DNA of 55,616 nt from a virus (lineage: Duplodnaviria; Caudoviricetes), in IMG/VR virus record IMGVR_UViG_3300028045_000018, positions 1 to 55,616 of that record, one strand, 5' to 3'. Of the stretch, positions 18,061-27,684 are shown in pieces; position 1 is the first letter of the stretch, and the number at the start of each line of letters is the position of its first letter. Both the position numbers and the translations under genes were made by a program. The notes under the pieces were generated by a model that ran no database searches, was not told the origin of the DNA, and saw only the letters and a list, made by a program, of their open reading frames with translations.

Positions 18061-18195
18061 ATGGCAAGAAGAATACGTTACGAATACGATAATTGTAGGG
18101 GAAATGTCCCTACAAAACCTATGGGACCAGTAGATTGGGCTTTACTTGTCCTTCTAACTGTAGCAATAATAGGGTTTTGGGTATTTTTGGTTTAG
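18061..18195 (+). CDS. 44-aa membrane peptide (not in track)
   Basis: AAGGA SD; MARRIRYEY...WALLVLLTVAIIGFWVFLV*. Confidence 0.5.
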   Translation: MARRIRYEYDNCRGNVPTKPMGPVDWALLVLLTVAIIGFWVFLV

Positions 18196-18271
18196 AATTC
18201 CCGATTTTTTAAAAGAATACAATATAAGCAAAGGATAGAACAATGAGTAAGAAAATTAGTGGAACATTAGA

Positions 18272-18505
18272 GTTAGCTGCCTCTCTAAAGGAAACTTTAG
18301 AGAATCTCGCAAGAGATTAAGTTGACCAGACCACTGACAGGAGATTAAAAGTTGTTAGTAAACGATAAGAAAGAAATTAGAAACGAAAGTATGACGCACC
18401 AGTACTTTCCTCTTTGGTTACAGATTAAACAGTTCTGTGAGGTAGGAACAGTGTTTGTAGCGTTAAACCTTTTATTATCAGGTCGAGGTGAAGGCGAATT
18501 CTGCG
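18272..18505 (+). ncRNA. omegaRNA/HEARO-like RNA of a decayed IscB element
   Basis: GTTAGCT/AGTTGAC closing stem with two tetraloop hairpins (GAAA, GCAA); TTAAACAGTTCTG...GGAACAGTG and GTCGAGG motifs typical of IscB upstream RNAs. Confidence 0.7.
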
Positions 18506-18506
18506 A

Positions 18507-18824
18507 TTGATTAAGTTAAATAACGATAATGTTTATTTAAAAAAACATGTATCTTCAGGAGACTATCAGCAGACTAAAGGGAAACATAGTGAAATAAGAA
18601 TACCTACAGGAAAGTTGTTTGGATTAAGAAAATTTGATTTAATAGAAACAGTAAAAGGTATTGGTTTCGTAAAAGGAAAGAGAAAAAGGGGTTGGTTTGT
18701 TCTTTTTAATTTGAGCAATGATACAAAATTTGAGGTTAGTGTAAAGAAAAATTGTAAAAGAATTTTGGCAAGAAAAACAGTTTTAACAGAAAGATTGAGA
18801 ATTTCCCTTCTCAAAACGACATAA
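18507..18824 (+). pseudogene. iscB: IscB C-terminal fragment (PLMP, RuvC and HNH deleted)
   Basis: KKHVSSGDYQQTKG...GKLFGLRKFDLI...GFVKGKR..G resembles IscB C-termini; follows omegaRNA directly. Confidence 0.65.
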
Positions 18825-19306
18825 TGGAATACTACGGCAATAATCATCTTATTCATTTAGCAGAGTTTTCTGTTGAAGATGTTCTACCTTATAGAGAAGA
18901 GAAAAAGGGTAGAACAAGAGATTATGTAGTAAATGGTAAAACATATTCTGTTAAAATGGCATCGCAACGATATCAGATATTTGCTAAATCAATAGTTTGT
19001 TCATGTTGCGGTCTTGTTGGTAATAGGATGGTCTTAGATATTAGTCATTATGATTTTGATAGAAATGGAAGACCTCATTTCAACCTTTATGCCGAATTAG
19101 ATGGCTATATTGTCTTAATGACAAAAGATCATATTGTCCCAAGAAGTAAAGGCGGCAAGAACATGCTTGAAAATTACCAAACGATGTGTTGTTTGTGTAA
19201 CTCTGCGAAGAGCGATCATGATGTGACTATCGAAGAATTACGCTCTTTTGAGACTGTCGCAGAAAGAATTAAAGAAATTAATAAATTGTACCATAAATGT
19301 GTTTGA
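18824..19306 (+). CDS. HNH endonuclease
   Basis: CSCC...MTKDHIVPRSKGG.N..ENYQTMCCLCNSAK. Confidence 0.88.
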   Translation: MEYYGNNHLIHLAEFSVEDVLPYREEKKGRTRDYVVNGKTYSVKMASQRYQIFAKSIVCSCCGLVGNRMVLDISHYDFDRNGRPHFNLYAELDGYIVLMTKDHIVPRSKGGKNMLENYQTMCCLCNSAKSDHDVTIEELRSFETVAERIKEINKLYHKCV

Positions 19307-19366
19307 TTTTATGATATAATTAACTTGTTGAAATAACTGAAGAAACCTTAATTGAAGGAGATGTAA

Positions 19367-20164
19367 ATGAGAATTGAAGTTTTAATTATCGACCCGCAAG
19401 TTAGTTTTTGCGACCCAAATGGAGAATTATTCGTTCCTGGAGCAGATGAGGATATGAAACGATTAGCTACAATGATTAATCGTTTAAAATCAAAAATCGA
19501 TGACATACATGTTACGCTTGATTCTCATCACTTGTTTGATATATCTCACCCTATATATTGGAAGGATTCTAATGGGAAAAATCCTGATCCTTTCACTATT
19601 ATCTCTGTTTCTGATGTGGAAAATGGCGTATGGACTCCTTCTGTAAGTAGTCTCTATAAGAAGTCTCTAGAATACGTAAAAGCTCTTGAGGCTAATCAAA
19701 GATATCCTCTTTGTACATGGATTCCGCATTGCCTAATTGGTAGCAAAGGATGTTCTGTCGTTCCAGAACTTTTTGACGCATTGATTGAATGGGAAAGAAC
19801 TCAAATTGCTATGGTTGATTACGTAACCAAAGGGAGCAATCCATTCACAGAACATTATGGCGTTTTTATGGCAGATGTTCCACAGCCTAATGATCCATCA
19901 ACTCAAGTGAATACAAAATTTTTGCAATCACTAGAAAATGTAGACATGCTTATTGTTGCAGGTGAAGCTGGATCTCATTGTGTTAAATTTAGTCTAGAAG
20001 ATTTGATTGACAATATCAACGATAATTCTTATGCTAAAAAAGTTGTTCTTTTAACAGATGCTATGTCTCCTGTTATCGGATTCGAACAAGATCAACAAAT
20101 TTTTGTAGATAAGATGGTGAAAACAGGAGTAAAAACGGCAAAAACTATAGATGTTTTAGTATGA
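19367..20164 (+). CDS. pncA: Nicotinamidase/isochorismatase-family hydrolase
   Basis: IIDPQVSFC, TLDSHH, W.PHC, KG...EHY, AGEAGSHCV; class A promoter 19298-19320. Confidence 0.85.
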   Translation: MRIEVLIIDPQVSFCDPNGELFVPGADEDMKRLATMINRLKSKIDDIHVTLDSHHLFDISHPIYWKDSNGKNPDPFTIISVSDVENGVWTPSVSSLYKKSLEYVKALEANQRYPLCTWIPHCLIGSKGCSVVPELFDALIEWERTQIAMVDYVTKGSNPFTEHYGVFMADVPQPNDPSTQVNTKFLQSLENVDMLIVAGEAGSHCVKFSLEDLIDNINDNSYAKKVVLLTDAMSPVIGFEQDQQIFVDKMVKTGVKTAKTIDVLV

Positions 20165-20174
20165 TTCCGTTTAG

Positions 20175-20216
20175 ATAGTTGAGGAGCTATGATATTAATT
20201 ATAGCTCCTCAACTAT
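20175..20216. terminator. Perfect 16-bp inverted repeat between convergent genes
   Basis: ATAGTTGAGGAGCTAT-N10-ATAGCTCCTCAACTAT. Confidence 0.6.
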
Positions 20217-20937
20217 ATCTTCTGCATTTCCATCCATGAGAGGTCTTTCTGTTCCCTTTAGCGACCTGACAAAGATTGCTATAATGAATTTTTTTCTCAT
20301 TACAGAACTTTTTCAAATTATAAATTACAAAACTTTCGCCCAAAGAAGATGTTACAATCCATAATTTTGATTTAGAAAATGACATAAGTTCTTTTGTTTT
20401 TTCTGTGTGCTTTTTACCTTTCCAGTTGTTAGGTCTCCATTCGGTTTGAAGATAAAATTTTTCAAGTCCTTCTGATATCTTTTTTTTATGTTCTTGAGTG
20501 TGCGGTCCAAGCCTTTTTCCACGTTTAATTTTACTTATTTTGTCTTTAGTCTTTTGAGAATGATGTTTACCTAGCCAATTATGTGGTTTTCCTTTTCTTT
20601 TAATTTTTATGGCATCTCGCATTCTTTGTTTTGATTCTTCTGAATGTCTGCCTCCACCTCCTCCCTCTTTACAGTTATATCCGTTTTTTATACAATCAAA
20701 AAACTTTATATAATGTATTTCTTTTTGGTCTAATGTTTCTTGATTGTCTGTTTTGTCTATTATCTCATATTTAAAATTTTCAGGTCCGTATTTTTTAAGT
20801 GCTCTTTCTAATTTAACTTGTCCTTTTACATAAAGATTCTTATAGCAAACCCATCTATGTTTATAATTCCAACTTTGTCCAACATAGCACTTCCCTTTAG
20901 GACTTGTAAGTTTATATATTACACCTATTTTAAACAT
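20209..20937 (-). CDS. GIY-YIG homing endonuclease with NUMOD3 repeats
   Basis: VIYKLT...CYVGQS...R...E..YI...GYN; repeated GKxHSxxTKxK(I/M)S. Confidence 0.9.
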   Translation of the reverse strand: MFKIGVIYKLTSPKGKCYVGQSWNYKHRWVCYKNLYVKGQVKLERALKKYGPENFKYEIIDKTDNQETLDQKEIHYIKFFDCIKNGYNCKEGGGGGRHSEESKQRMRDAIKIKRKGKPHNWLGKHHSQKTKDKISKIKRGKRLGPHTQEHKKKISEGLEKFYLQTEWRPNNWKGKKHTEKTKELMSFSKSKLWIVTSSLGESFVIYNLKKFCNEKKIHYSNLCQVAKGNRKTSHGWKCRRYS

Positions 20938-21110
20938 GATTTTAACAACCTTTCTATTGATGTCTCACTAAACATAAATCTTCTATTGTTTATTTTATGA
21001 GCAATTAATTTTCCACTTTGTCTCCATTTGGCTATCGTTCCAATGGTAACGTCAAATTTTTTAGCGACTTCTAATGGAGTGTAATATTTTTCGTTTTTTA
21101 TCTCTATCAT
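20925..21110 (-). CDS. MerR/excisionase-like HTH protein
   Basis: YTPLEVAKKFDVTIGTIAKWRQSGKL. Confidence 0.8.
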   Translation of the reverse strand: MIEIKNEKYYTPLEVAKKFDVTIGTIAKWRQSGKLIAHKINNRRFMFSETSIERLLKSCLK

Positions 21111-21276
21111 TATTTATTTCTTTCTATATCTATCGATCCGTTCCTATCTATATCTATTCTATGCTGTCGTATGAATCCCTTTAAAAATAATAAATAAATT
21201 TAAAAGTGGTAAAAATCATGCTATAATATTAACATGTTGTTGATATCGCAGAATTCTTAAGATAAAGGAAAAAACA

Positions 21277-22044
21277 ATGCCTAAATTAAATGATGGATTA
21301 GTTGACCACAAACTTACTACAGGCTCTTACGGCTATTCTGCCGTACATCTTGACGACTTGGGAGCATCCGAATATACTCTTGTCACAATAGTACAAGACG
21401 TAAGCGGTAGCGTCTTAGGTTTTAAAGACGAAATGGAAACATGTTTGAAAGCAATTATCAAGTCATGTAAATACAGTCCCAGAGCCGACAATCTCATGAT
21501 TCGCCTCGTCGGATTCAATACGCAGCTAAATGAGATTCATGGCTTCAAACTGTTGGACGAATGCAACGAAGGTGACTATGATGGTATCTTGCATTGTAGT
21601 GGCGGTACATCTTTGTTCGATGCTGCTGAAAATGCTATCGCTGCAAGTTCCAGCTATGGTCAGAATTTGACGAAAAACGGCTACGATGTCAATTCTATTG
21701 TTATTATCCTTACTGATGGTTGCGATAATGGTTCCGCTCTTACTGAGCTTAGCGTCAATGCAGCTTTGAAGGACGCAATGAGAGCCGAGAATTTAGAATC
21801 TATCATAACGGTTCTAGTAGGCGTTGGAGTCGGGCAGTATCCCGAAATCGGAACAAGACTTACTGATTTCAAAGATAAAGGCGGTTTGACTCAATTTATT
21901 GACATTAAGGACGCTGATGCTAAGACTCTTGCTAAGCTTGCTGATTTCATTAGCCAAAGCATTAGTGCTCAGTCACAATCGCTCGGAACTGGCTGTACCT
22001 CTACTCCGTTGAATCCTAAATCAGTCGGTTTCTTGAACTTCTAA
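21277..22044 (+). CDS. vWA domain protein (TerY-like)
   Basis: MIDAS DVSGS, GGTSLFDA, LTDG. Confidence 0.88.
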   Translation: MPKLNDGLVDHKLTTGSYGYSAVHLDDLGASEYTLVTIVQDVSGSVLGFKDEMETCLKAIIKSCKYSPRADNLMIRLVGFNTQLNEIHGFKLLDECNEGDYDGILHCSGGTSLFDAAENAIAASSSYGQNLTKNGYDVNSIVIILTDGCDNGSALTELSVNAALKDAMRAENLESIITVLVGVGVGQYPEIGTRLTDFKDKGGLTQFIDIKDADAKTLAKLADFISQSISAQSQSLGTGCTSTPLNPKSVGFLNF

Positions 22045-22053
22045 GGAAATAAA

Positions 22054-22854
22054 ATGAATTCTGATTGTGCCTTTACTATAGGATCAACGCATAAGGTCTG
22101 CGAAGACTATGCCATAGCCAACGATAGTGCTGACATGTCCTTTGTCGCACTCGCTGATGGATGTTCTAGCTCCAAGGACAGCGATATAGGAGCTAGAATC
22201 CTAGTCAAAACGGTAGAAGAACTAGAAGTAATGAAAATTGATATGACTTTTAGCGGCAAGGCTTATATAGCTAACGCAAAAGCTGTATCGAATATGATGA
22301 AACTAGACCAAACTGCTTTAGACGCGACTTTATTAATGGCTAGAGTTGAAGATGGCAGATATGTTATGGGTTGTTATGGAGACGGAGTAACTGTCGTAGG
22401 ATATAAAAATGGTAAAATACTCATTCGCTCTGTATCCTTTTTAACATCTTATCCTCAATATCTTTCGTATGAACTTAATCCTCAAAGGAAAAATTCTTTC
22501 GAAAGTGTTAATAAGGGAGCTAAATTAGAAACGGTTTCAATTAACGGAGGCAGAATAACTTCTCATAGCGTAACTACTCCTATCCCAGCGTTGTTTAGGG
22601 ATAACGTTGATGATATTTCTTTCATTGCTATTATGTCTGATGGAATACATTCTTTTTACGAACAAGTTCAAACAGAAACTTCAATGACTAACAGACCAGT
22701 AGATTTTGTTACTGTTATAAAGGATCTTTTAGACATTAAAGGTCGAAAAGGATGTTTCGTTCATAGGCTCTTTAATAGTTTTAAGAAAAGTTGTGCAACC
22801 AAGAACTGGCATCATTCTGACGATTTGTCTCTTGCAGTAATCAATGTTGAATAG
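22054..22854 (+). CDS. PP2C-family protein phosphatase
   Basis: H..CED, ALADGCSS, GDG, MSDG, DDLS. Confidence 0.88.
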   Translation: MNSDCAFTIGSTHKVCEDYAIANDSADMSFVALADGCSSSKDSDIGARILVKTVEELEVMKIDMTFSGKAYIANAKAVSNMMKLDQTALDATLLMARVEDGRYVMGCYGDGVTVVGYKNGKILIRSVSFLTSYPQYLSYELNPQRKNSFESVNKGAKLETVSINGGRITSHSVTTPIPALFRDNVDDISFIAIMSDGIHSFYEQVQTETSMTNRPVDFVTVIKDLLDIKGRKGCFVHRLFNSFKKSCATKNWHHSDDLSLAVINVE

Positions 22855-22863
22855 GAATTGAAA

Positions 22864-24540
22864 ATGAAAGTTTTCGTTAAAGGTAAGGGTCAGGTCAATC
22901 TTTCCAAGACTGATTTCTTGGCTCAGGGCGGCGAAGGCAAAATTTTTGTTAAGGGTAAAACTGCGTACAAGATTTACCTAGACCCTAAAAAGATGATTCC
23001 TGTCGCAAAAATTCAAGAACTTTCATCACTTTCTTTGCCAAATATTATACGTCCAGAACGTGTTATTTTAGATAACAAGGATAACCCAGTCGGTTATACG
23101 ATGCGTTATGTAAAAGATACGACTTCTCTTTGCAAAATCTTCACAAAAACGTTCAAAAGGAAGAACAACATACAACCTGGTTGCGTAGCGGATTTAGTCA
23201 AAAAACTATATGAAGGCATTCAGCATGTACATAGCAAGCAAATTCTAATCGTTGATTTAAACGAAATGAATTTCCTTCTCAATAACAAACTTGATGATAT
23301 ATTCTTTATTGATACTGATAGTTACAAAACTAAAAGTTATAATGCTACAGCCATCATGGAAAGCATTCGAGATAGACATTCGTCTTCGTTCAGTACAAAT
23401 ACGGACTGGTTCTCATTCGGAATTATCTCATTCCAAATGTTTATAGGTATACATCCATTTAAAGGGAAGCATTCTAAATTCAAAAATCTTGATGACAGGA
23501 TGATGAATAATGTTTCGGTATTGAATAAGGCTGTATCTATACCTAAACTTTGTGCTTCTTTTGACGTAATTCCTCAAACATATAGGGAATGGTATAAAGC
23601 TGTGTTTGAGGATGGGAAAAGAGTTCCTCCACCAGGTGGATTCCAAGATCTCATTATTATTCAGCCTACTATCCATACAGTTAAAGGTAGTGATAATCTC
23701 GATATTGAAGAGTTACAAAAATACGATCAAGCTGTCATCGACTGCAAATACATTAATGGTAATAGAGTTGCGATCACTAACTCTAATATCTATATCAATG
23801 ACAAGAAAAGACCGCCAATAGCGAATGTCTTTATCGGTTCTACTCCAAAGATGGGACATGTAGTTGCGGCACGTATTGAAAATGGTCTTTTAAAATTGCA
23901 TAACGTAACTATGAGCAAAGCCATTGATTGCACAATTGCTGCTGAAAAAGTCATGTCATATGACGAAAGAATATATGTAAAGAATGGTTTAGATGTATAT
24001 GAAATCAAACTAAACGAGTTAGGCAATAGAATTATTGCAACGCCTACTATCGTAGCTAATGTCATGGAGAAGGCTACGCATGTTTACGATGGAGTTATAT
24101 TGCAAGACTTATTGGGAGCATGTTATGCTTCTATGTTCCCAGAGCCAAAAACTCACGTACAGTCCCACTTGAAAGAACTTATTGGATACAAAATAGTTGA
24201 TGCTAAATATTCTAATAGAATTCTTATGATTGTAGGACAGAAAAAAGGTAAATACGATAAACTTATCTTTAGGTTTGATTCTTCGCATCAGTCTTACGAT
24301 TTGAATATAAAGAGTGATATCGTTTATTCTGGATTGAACTTCGTAGTTCTTGATAATGGAATATGCGTACATATAAATGAAGATGAAAATATAGAGTTGT
24401 TCGTTAATAAGCTTGGAGTAACTGATACTAAGGTTGTTGACGATACAAGTATTGATGGTAACATGACTCTATACAAAAATGGTAATCAAGTTCTGTTTGC
24501 CAAAGACAACGCGATTTACAAGATGTCACTTAAGAAATGA
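22864..24540 (+). CDS. Ser/Thr protein kinase with long beta-rich C-terminal region
   Basis: LAQGGEG, AYKIY, IVDLNEMNFL, FIDTDSY, TDWFSFG, HPFKG. Confidence 0.88.
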   Translation: MKVFVKGKGQVNLSKTDFLAQGGEGKIFVKGKTAYKIYLDPKKMIPVAKIQELSSLSLPNIIRPERVILDNKDNPVGYTMRYVKDTTSLCKIFTKTFKRKNNIQPGCVADLVKKLYEGIQHVHSKQILIVDLNEMNFLLNNKLDDIFFIDTDSYKTKSYNATAIMESIRDRHSSSFSTNTDWFSFGIISFQMFIGIHPFKGKHSKFKNLDDRMMNNVSVLNKAVSIPKLCASFDVIPQTYREWYKAVFEDGKRVPPPGGFQDLIIIQPTIHTVKGSDNLDIEELQKYDQAVIDCKYINGNRVAITNSNIYINDKKRPPIANVFIGSTPKMGHVVAARIENGLLKLHNVTMSKAIDCTIAAEKVMSYDERIYVKNGLDVYEIKLNELGNRIIATPTIVANVMEKATHVYDGVILQDLLGACYASMFPEPKTHVQSHLKELIGYKIVDAKYSNRILMIVGQKKGKYDKLIFRFDSSHQSYDLNIKSDIVYSGLNFVVLDNGICVHINEDENIELFVNKLGVTDTKVVDDTSIDGNMTLYKNGNQVLFAKDNAIYKMSLKK

Positions 24541-24932
24541 TTAATATATACACTGCCGGATATAATGCATGGTCGTTTTATGAATTCAAGACCAAAATCG
24601 AAGAGCTAGGGAATCCTCTTATAGTTGATGTTAGATATTCCCCTTATAGCTTTAATCCGTTTTGGACCAAAAAGAACCTGACAAAACACTTCAATAATTA
24701 TATTCATATAAAAAATCTTGGTAATGTCAATTATAAAAATGGTAAACCAATCAAGATATACAATCTTGATAAAGGTTGCAAACAGTTATTGAATAGTCTC
24801 GGCAAAGATTATGATAGTTGCTTGCTTCTATGTGCTTGTGAGGATGTCGAGGAATGCCATAGAAAAGTAATAGTAAAGAAACTGGAGACTATGACGCTTT
24901 GTGAAATTATACATCTGAAAGAGGAAGAATAA
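24537..24932 (+). CDS. DUF488-family protein
   Basis: IYTAGY...VDVR..P.S...Y.H...LG...LLCACE....CHR. Confidence 0.8.
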   Translation: MINIYTAGYNAWSFYEFKTKIEELGNPLIVDVRYSPYSFNPFWTKKNLTKHFNNYIHIKNLGNVNYKNGKPIKIYNLDKGCKQLLNSLGKDYDSCLLLCACEDVEECHRKVIVKKLETMTLCEIIHLKEEE

Positions 24933-25162
24933 TGGAATATTTTAAATGCCTAGAAAGCGTATTAGAAATGAAATGCGAATGTCCCAATTGCAAATCAATC
25001 AATTTTCATCGTATGAGTCTGACAAGAAATGAACCTTGTCATGATGCTGATGGACTAATGTGTTGGAATTGTAGGCAAGAATTTTTCTGGAACGAAGAGG
25101 CTGCAAAAGAATGCGAAAATGATATTGAATATGGAATGTTTGATGGAGGAGAAAAAGAATAA
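24932..25162 (+). CDS. Zn-ribbon hypothetical protein
   Basis: CPNC...CWNC. Confidence 0.6.
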   Translation: MEYFKCLESVLEMKCECPNCKSINFHRMSLTRNEPCHDADGLMCWNCRQEFFWNEEAAKECENDIEYGMFDGGEKE

Positions 25163-25413
25163 TGGGATGGAACTACAGATTATTTAAACATACAGATCAA
25201 AGTGTTTGGTACGGGATTCACGAAGTCTTTTACAAAACCGACGAGAGTGACGAACTTGATGAAAACGAAATAAATCTTATTTCTTCTGATCCCATAGATC
25301 CTCATGGAGCGACAAAAGAAGATATAGAAGACGATCTAAACATGATGCTTGCGGCGATTGATAAACCGACATTAAATTGGAATCAAATGTTAGAAAAACT
25401 TAAAAATGGATAA
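25162..25413 (+). CDS. Phage hypothetical protein (WNYR...IHEVFY type)
   Basis: Coupled ORF, GGAGG SD. Confidence 0.65.
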   Translation: MGWNYRLFKHTDQSVWYGIHEVFYKTDESDELDENEINLISSDPIDPHGATKEDIEDDLNMMLAAIDKPTLNWNQMLEKLKNG

Positions 25414-26050
25414 ATTTCTCTACCACCATTGCACTAACCTTTCTACTATTAGATACGATAGAATTGTACCGGCAGAGCAACATACGTTGAATAACGGTCA
25501 TATTAATGAATGGCTTAGTGAAGATGATTGGGAATGGGACATAAGAGCTAATAAATGGTTAAAAAATGAAGTTGGTTTTTATCCGTTATTTATGGCTGTC
25601 GGAGATACGCTTGATGCTTTATATCCTACTGGATATCAGGACAATTGGAGAGTCACATTAAGTAGTTGGTTTGACAAAAATAACAAGAAGTGTTATACAA
25701 GAAGAAAAAAAGGAGAATTTCCGAATCAGGTTCTTTTTTCTTTTAAAAATGTTAATTGTGTTTTCATGGATTGTGATTGGTGGATCATGACAGCTTTTAA
25801 CAATGCATTAGATGATAGACTTGAGACCACAGCCCAAGATAAAAGACGGACGTTCAAATACTCTTGGAGTAGATCTAAATGGCTTAGGAGGGCAGCAAAC
25901 GACCCAGGGAGGGTTATATGCGTTGTTCCGCAGTTAGATTTGAGACAAGCTGATAGAGTTTGGGTTAGAAATCAAAAAACTAAGAAAATCTTAGAAAAAA
26001 TGGGATTTGAGAATGTTTTCTCAAAAAGAATCCCAGTTGAGAATTTTTAG
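25406..26050 (+). CDS. Hypothetical protein
   Basis: 214-aa coupled ORF. Confidence 0.7.
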   Translation: MDKFLYHHCTNLSTIRYDRIVPAEQHTLNNGHINEWLSEDDWEWDIRANKWLKNEVGFYPLFMAVGDTLDALYPTGYQDNWRVTLSSWFDKNNKKCYTRRKKGEFPNQVLFSFKNVNCVFMDCDWWIMTAFNNALDDRLETTAQDKRRTFKYSWSRSKWLRRAANDPGRVICVVPQLDLRQADRVWVRNQKTKKILEKMGFENVFSKRIPVENF

Positions 26051-26090
26051 TTTGTGTTTATATATTTTGGTATAATTTAGAAAATCTTAT

Positions 26091-26576
26091 ATGGAGAACA
26101 TTATGGAAATTACGTTAGCAAGAGCACTGAAGTACAAAAATAGATTAGTTGGAAAAATAGCTACTGTTACAGAAATCGTTAGGACGAAGAACAGCGTTAT
26201 AAAAGGGACAGAGAAAGAAGTAGATATCAGGGAATTAGTTGCTTTAAGAGCTAAATTGATTAATAATTTGATTGATCTAAAGACTGCGATCAATAAAGCT
26301 AATGGTCCTATCGTTGAGACTATATTTGCAATTTCTGAGCTTAAATCAGACATTGTTTTTTGGAATAGCGTCAACACTACTCATGGTATGGCAAGTCAAG
26401 ATAGAGCTTACTACCCAGCAACAGAACCAACTGAGTTTGAAGCTGTCTTTCGTTTTGGCGATGCCGAAGAACTGAAGACTAATACAAACAAAAAAATTGA
26501 TGCTCGACAAGAAAAAATAGATAAACATAATCATTCAACGACTATAAATGTTGAAGTGCTTGACGAAGTTTATTAA
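26091..26576 (+). CDS. DUF6847/DIP1984-like helical protein
   Basis: ITLARAL..K..L...LIDLK.AI..AN...ID..N; own class A promoter 26053-26076. Confidence 0.65.
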   Translation: MENIMEITLARALKYKNRLVGKIATVTEIVRTKNSVIKGTEKEVDIRELVALRAKLINNLIDLKTAINKANGPIVETIFAISELKSDIVFWNSVNTTHGMASQDRAYYPATEPTEFEAVFRFGDAEELKTNTNKKIDARQEKIDKHNHSTTINVEVLDEVY

Positions 26577-26584
26577 AGTTTAAC

Positions 26585-26772
26585 GTGGGTGGGAGTTCGG
26601 ATAGAACTGAACTGTGTAATTATACATTCTTTGGAATGACTCCAATTTGACCTTGATCTCGAATTCAAAACTGATGATTCAAAGGTTCAAAATTGAAGAT
26701 TTAAGTATTAAAACTTATCCTATTACATTGTTCGGAGTTGCTTCGGCTTCTATATTCGAATCTCCCATCCAC
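26585..26772 (+). ncRNA. Candidate structured RNA with internal heptamer repeats
   Basis: GTGGGTGGGAG/CTCCCATCCAC 11-bp closing stem plus nested stems; about 7 repeats RTT(C/G/T/A)AAR at 26663-26713. Confidence 0.65.
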
Positions 26773-26803
26773 TATTTTAAAAGAATACTTAATAGGAGAC
26801 GAA

Positions 26804-27229
26804 ATGAAAGAGCGTGTAGCCAAAGCTGGTGTAGCAGTTTTTATCGTAAACGAATCAAATCAAATATTGCTTGGGGTCAGAATTGCCAAACCAGGTTACG
26901 GTCATAACGAATGGCAACTTCCAGGCGGTAAAATATCACATATGGAAGACTGGGTTGACACATGCGTGAGGGAGGTTAAAGAAGAAACAGATCTTGATAT
27001 AGATGATATTCATTTTATCACATCAAGAAATGACACTTATCCTGAATTAGATATACATTTTGTTTGTTCGTTTTTTGTAGCCAGAAAATATTCTGGAGAA
27101 GCTAAAATCATGGAACCAACAAAATGTTTTGAATGGAAATGGTTTGACATAGACAACTTGCCAAAACCTATGTTTTTGTCGATACAAGAGATAGTTAGTA
27201 AAAATTACAACACGATAATTGGAGATTGA
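26804..27229 (+). CDS. NUDIX hydrolase (MutT/NUDT15-like)
   Basis: LPGGK....E....C.REVKEETDL; EP.KC..W.WF. Confidence 0.9.
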   Translation: MKERVAKAGVAVFIVNESNQILLGVRIAKPGYGHNEWQLPGGKISHMEDWVDTCVREVKEETDLDIDDIHFITSRNDTYPELDIHFVCSFFVARKYSGEAKIMEPTKCFEWKWFDIDNLPKPMFLSIQEIVSKNYNTIIGD

Positions 27230-27232
27230 AAA

Positions 27233-27664
27233 ATGATAGAAGGAACACAAAAAACGATAGAAGTAGTAAAAGAAGAAAAAGCAACAGTACCGATGAGGAA
27301 GTTGGAGGTATATCAGACAGACGATGGTCGTAGAGTAGAAGTTTTTCCTATTGTTGGGTCAGTCGAACTAGACACAGCGAACGACGAAGAGGCTGCTGGT
27401 CAAAATTTCTCTGATAAAACTATTTTTGTTGGAGTTGTACACATTCCTTCGCCTTCTGGCCCTCAAGAAATAAAATTCGAAATACCTGGTGTTGGTACTC
27501 CAGAAGCGGCTTTTGAAGAATACTACGACTTTGCTAGTAAGGCTGTAGAAGAGATCAGAAAGCGAATGGCACAAAAACAAGAAGATGAGAGCAAAAAAAT
27601 CGTAACTGCACCAGCAGGAGCCTTGGATGCACTAGAACAAGGAAAAGGAAACATAATCCTATAA
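27233..27664 (+). CDS. Hypothetical protein
   Basis: GGAG SD, 143 aa. Confidence 0.7.
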   Translation: MIEGTQKTIEVVKEEKATVPMRKLEVYQTDDGRRVEVFPIVGSVELDTANDEEAAGQNFSDKTIFVGVVHIPSPSGPQEIKFEIPGVGTPEAAFEEYYDFASKAVEEIRKRMAQKQEDESKKIVTAPAGALDALEQGKGNIIL

Positions 27665-27684
27665 CAGTATAATAGCGACAAATA

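Noticed and set aside
20209-21110. GIY-YIG gene as part of a group I intron
   Set aside because: Both flanking genes are complete and the cassette lies on the opposite strand; it looks free-standing.
26647-26907. 86-aa ORF and the 26738 NUDIX start
   Set aside because: Both overlap the structured RNA; the NUDIX has a clear AGGAG SD before ATG 26804.
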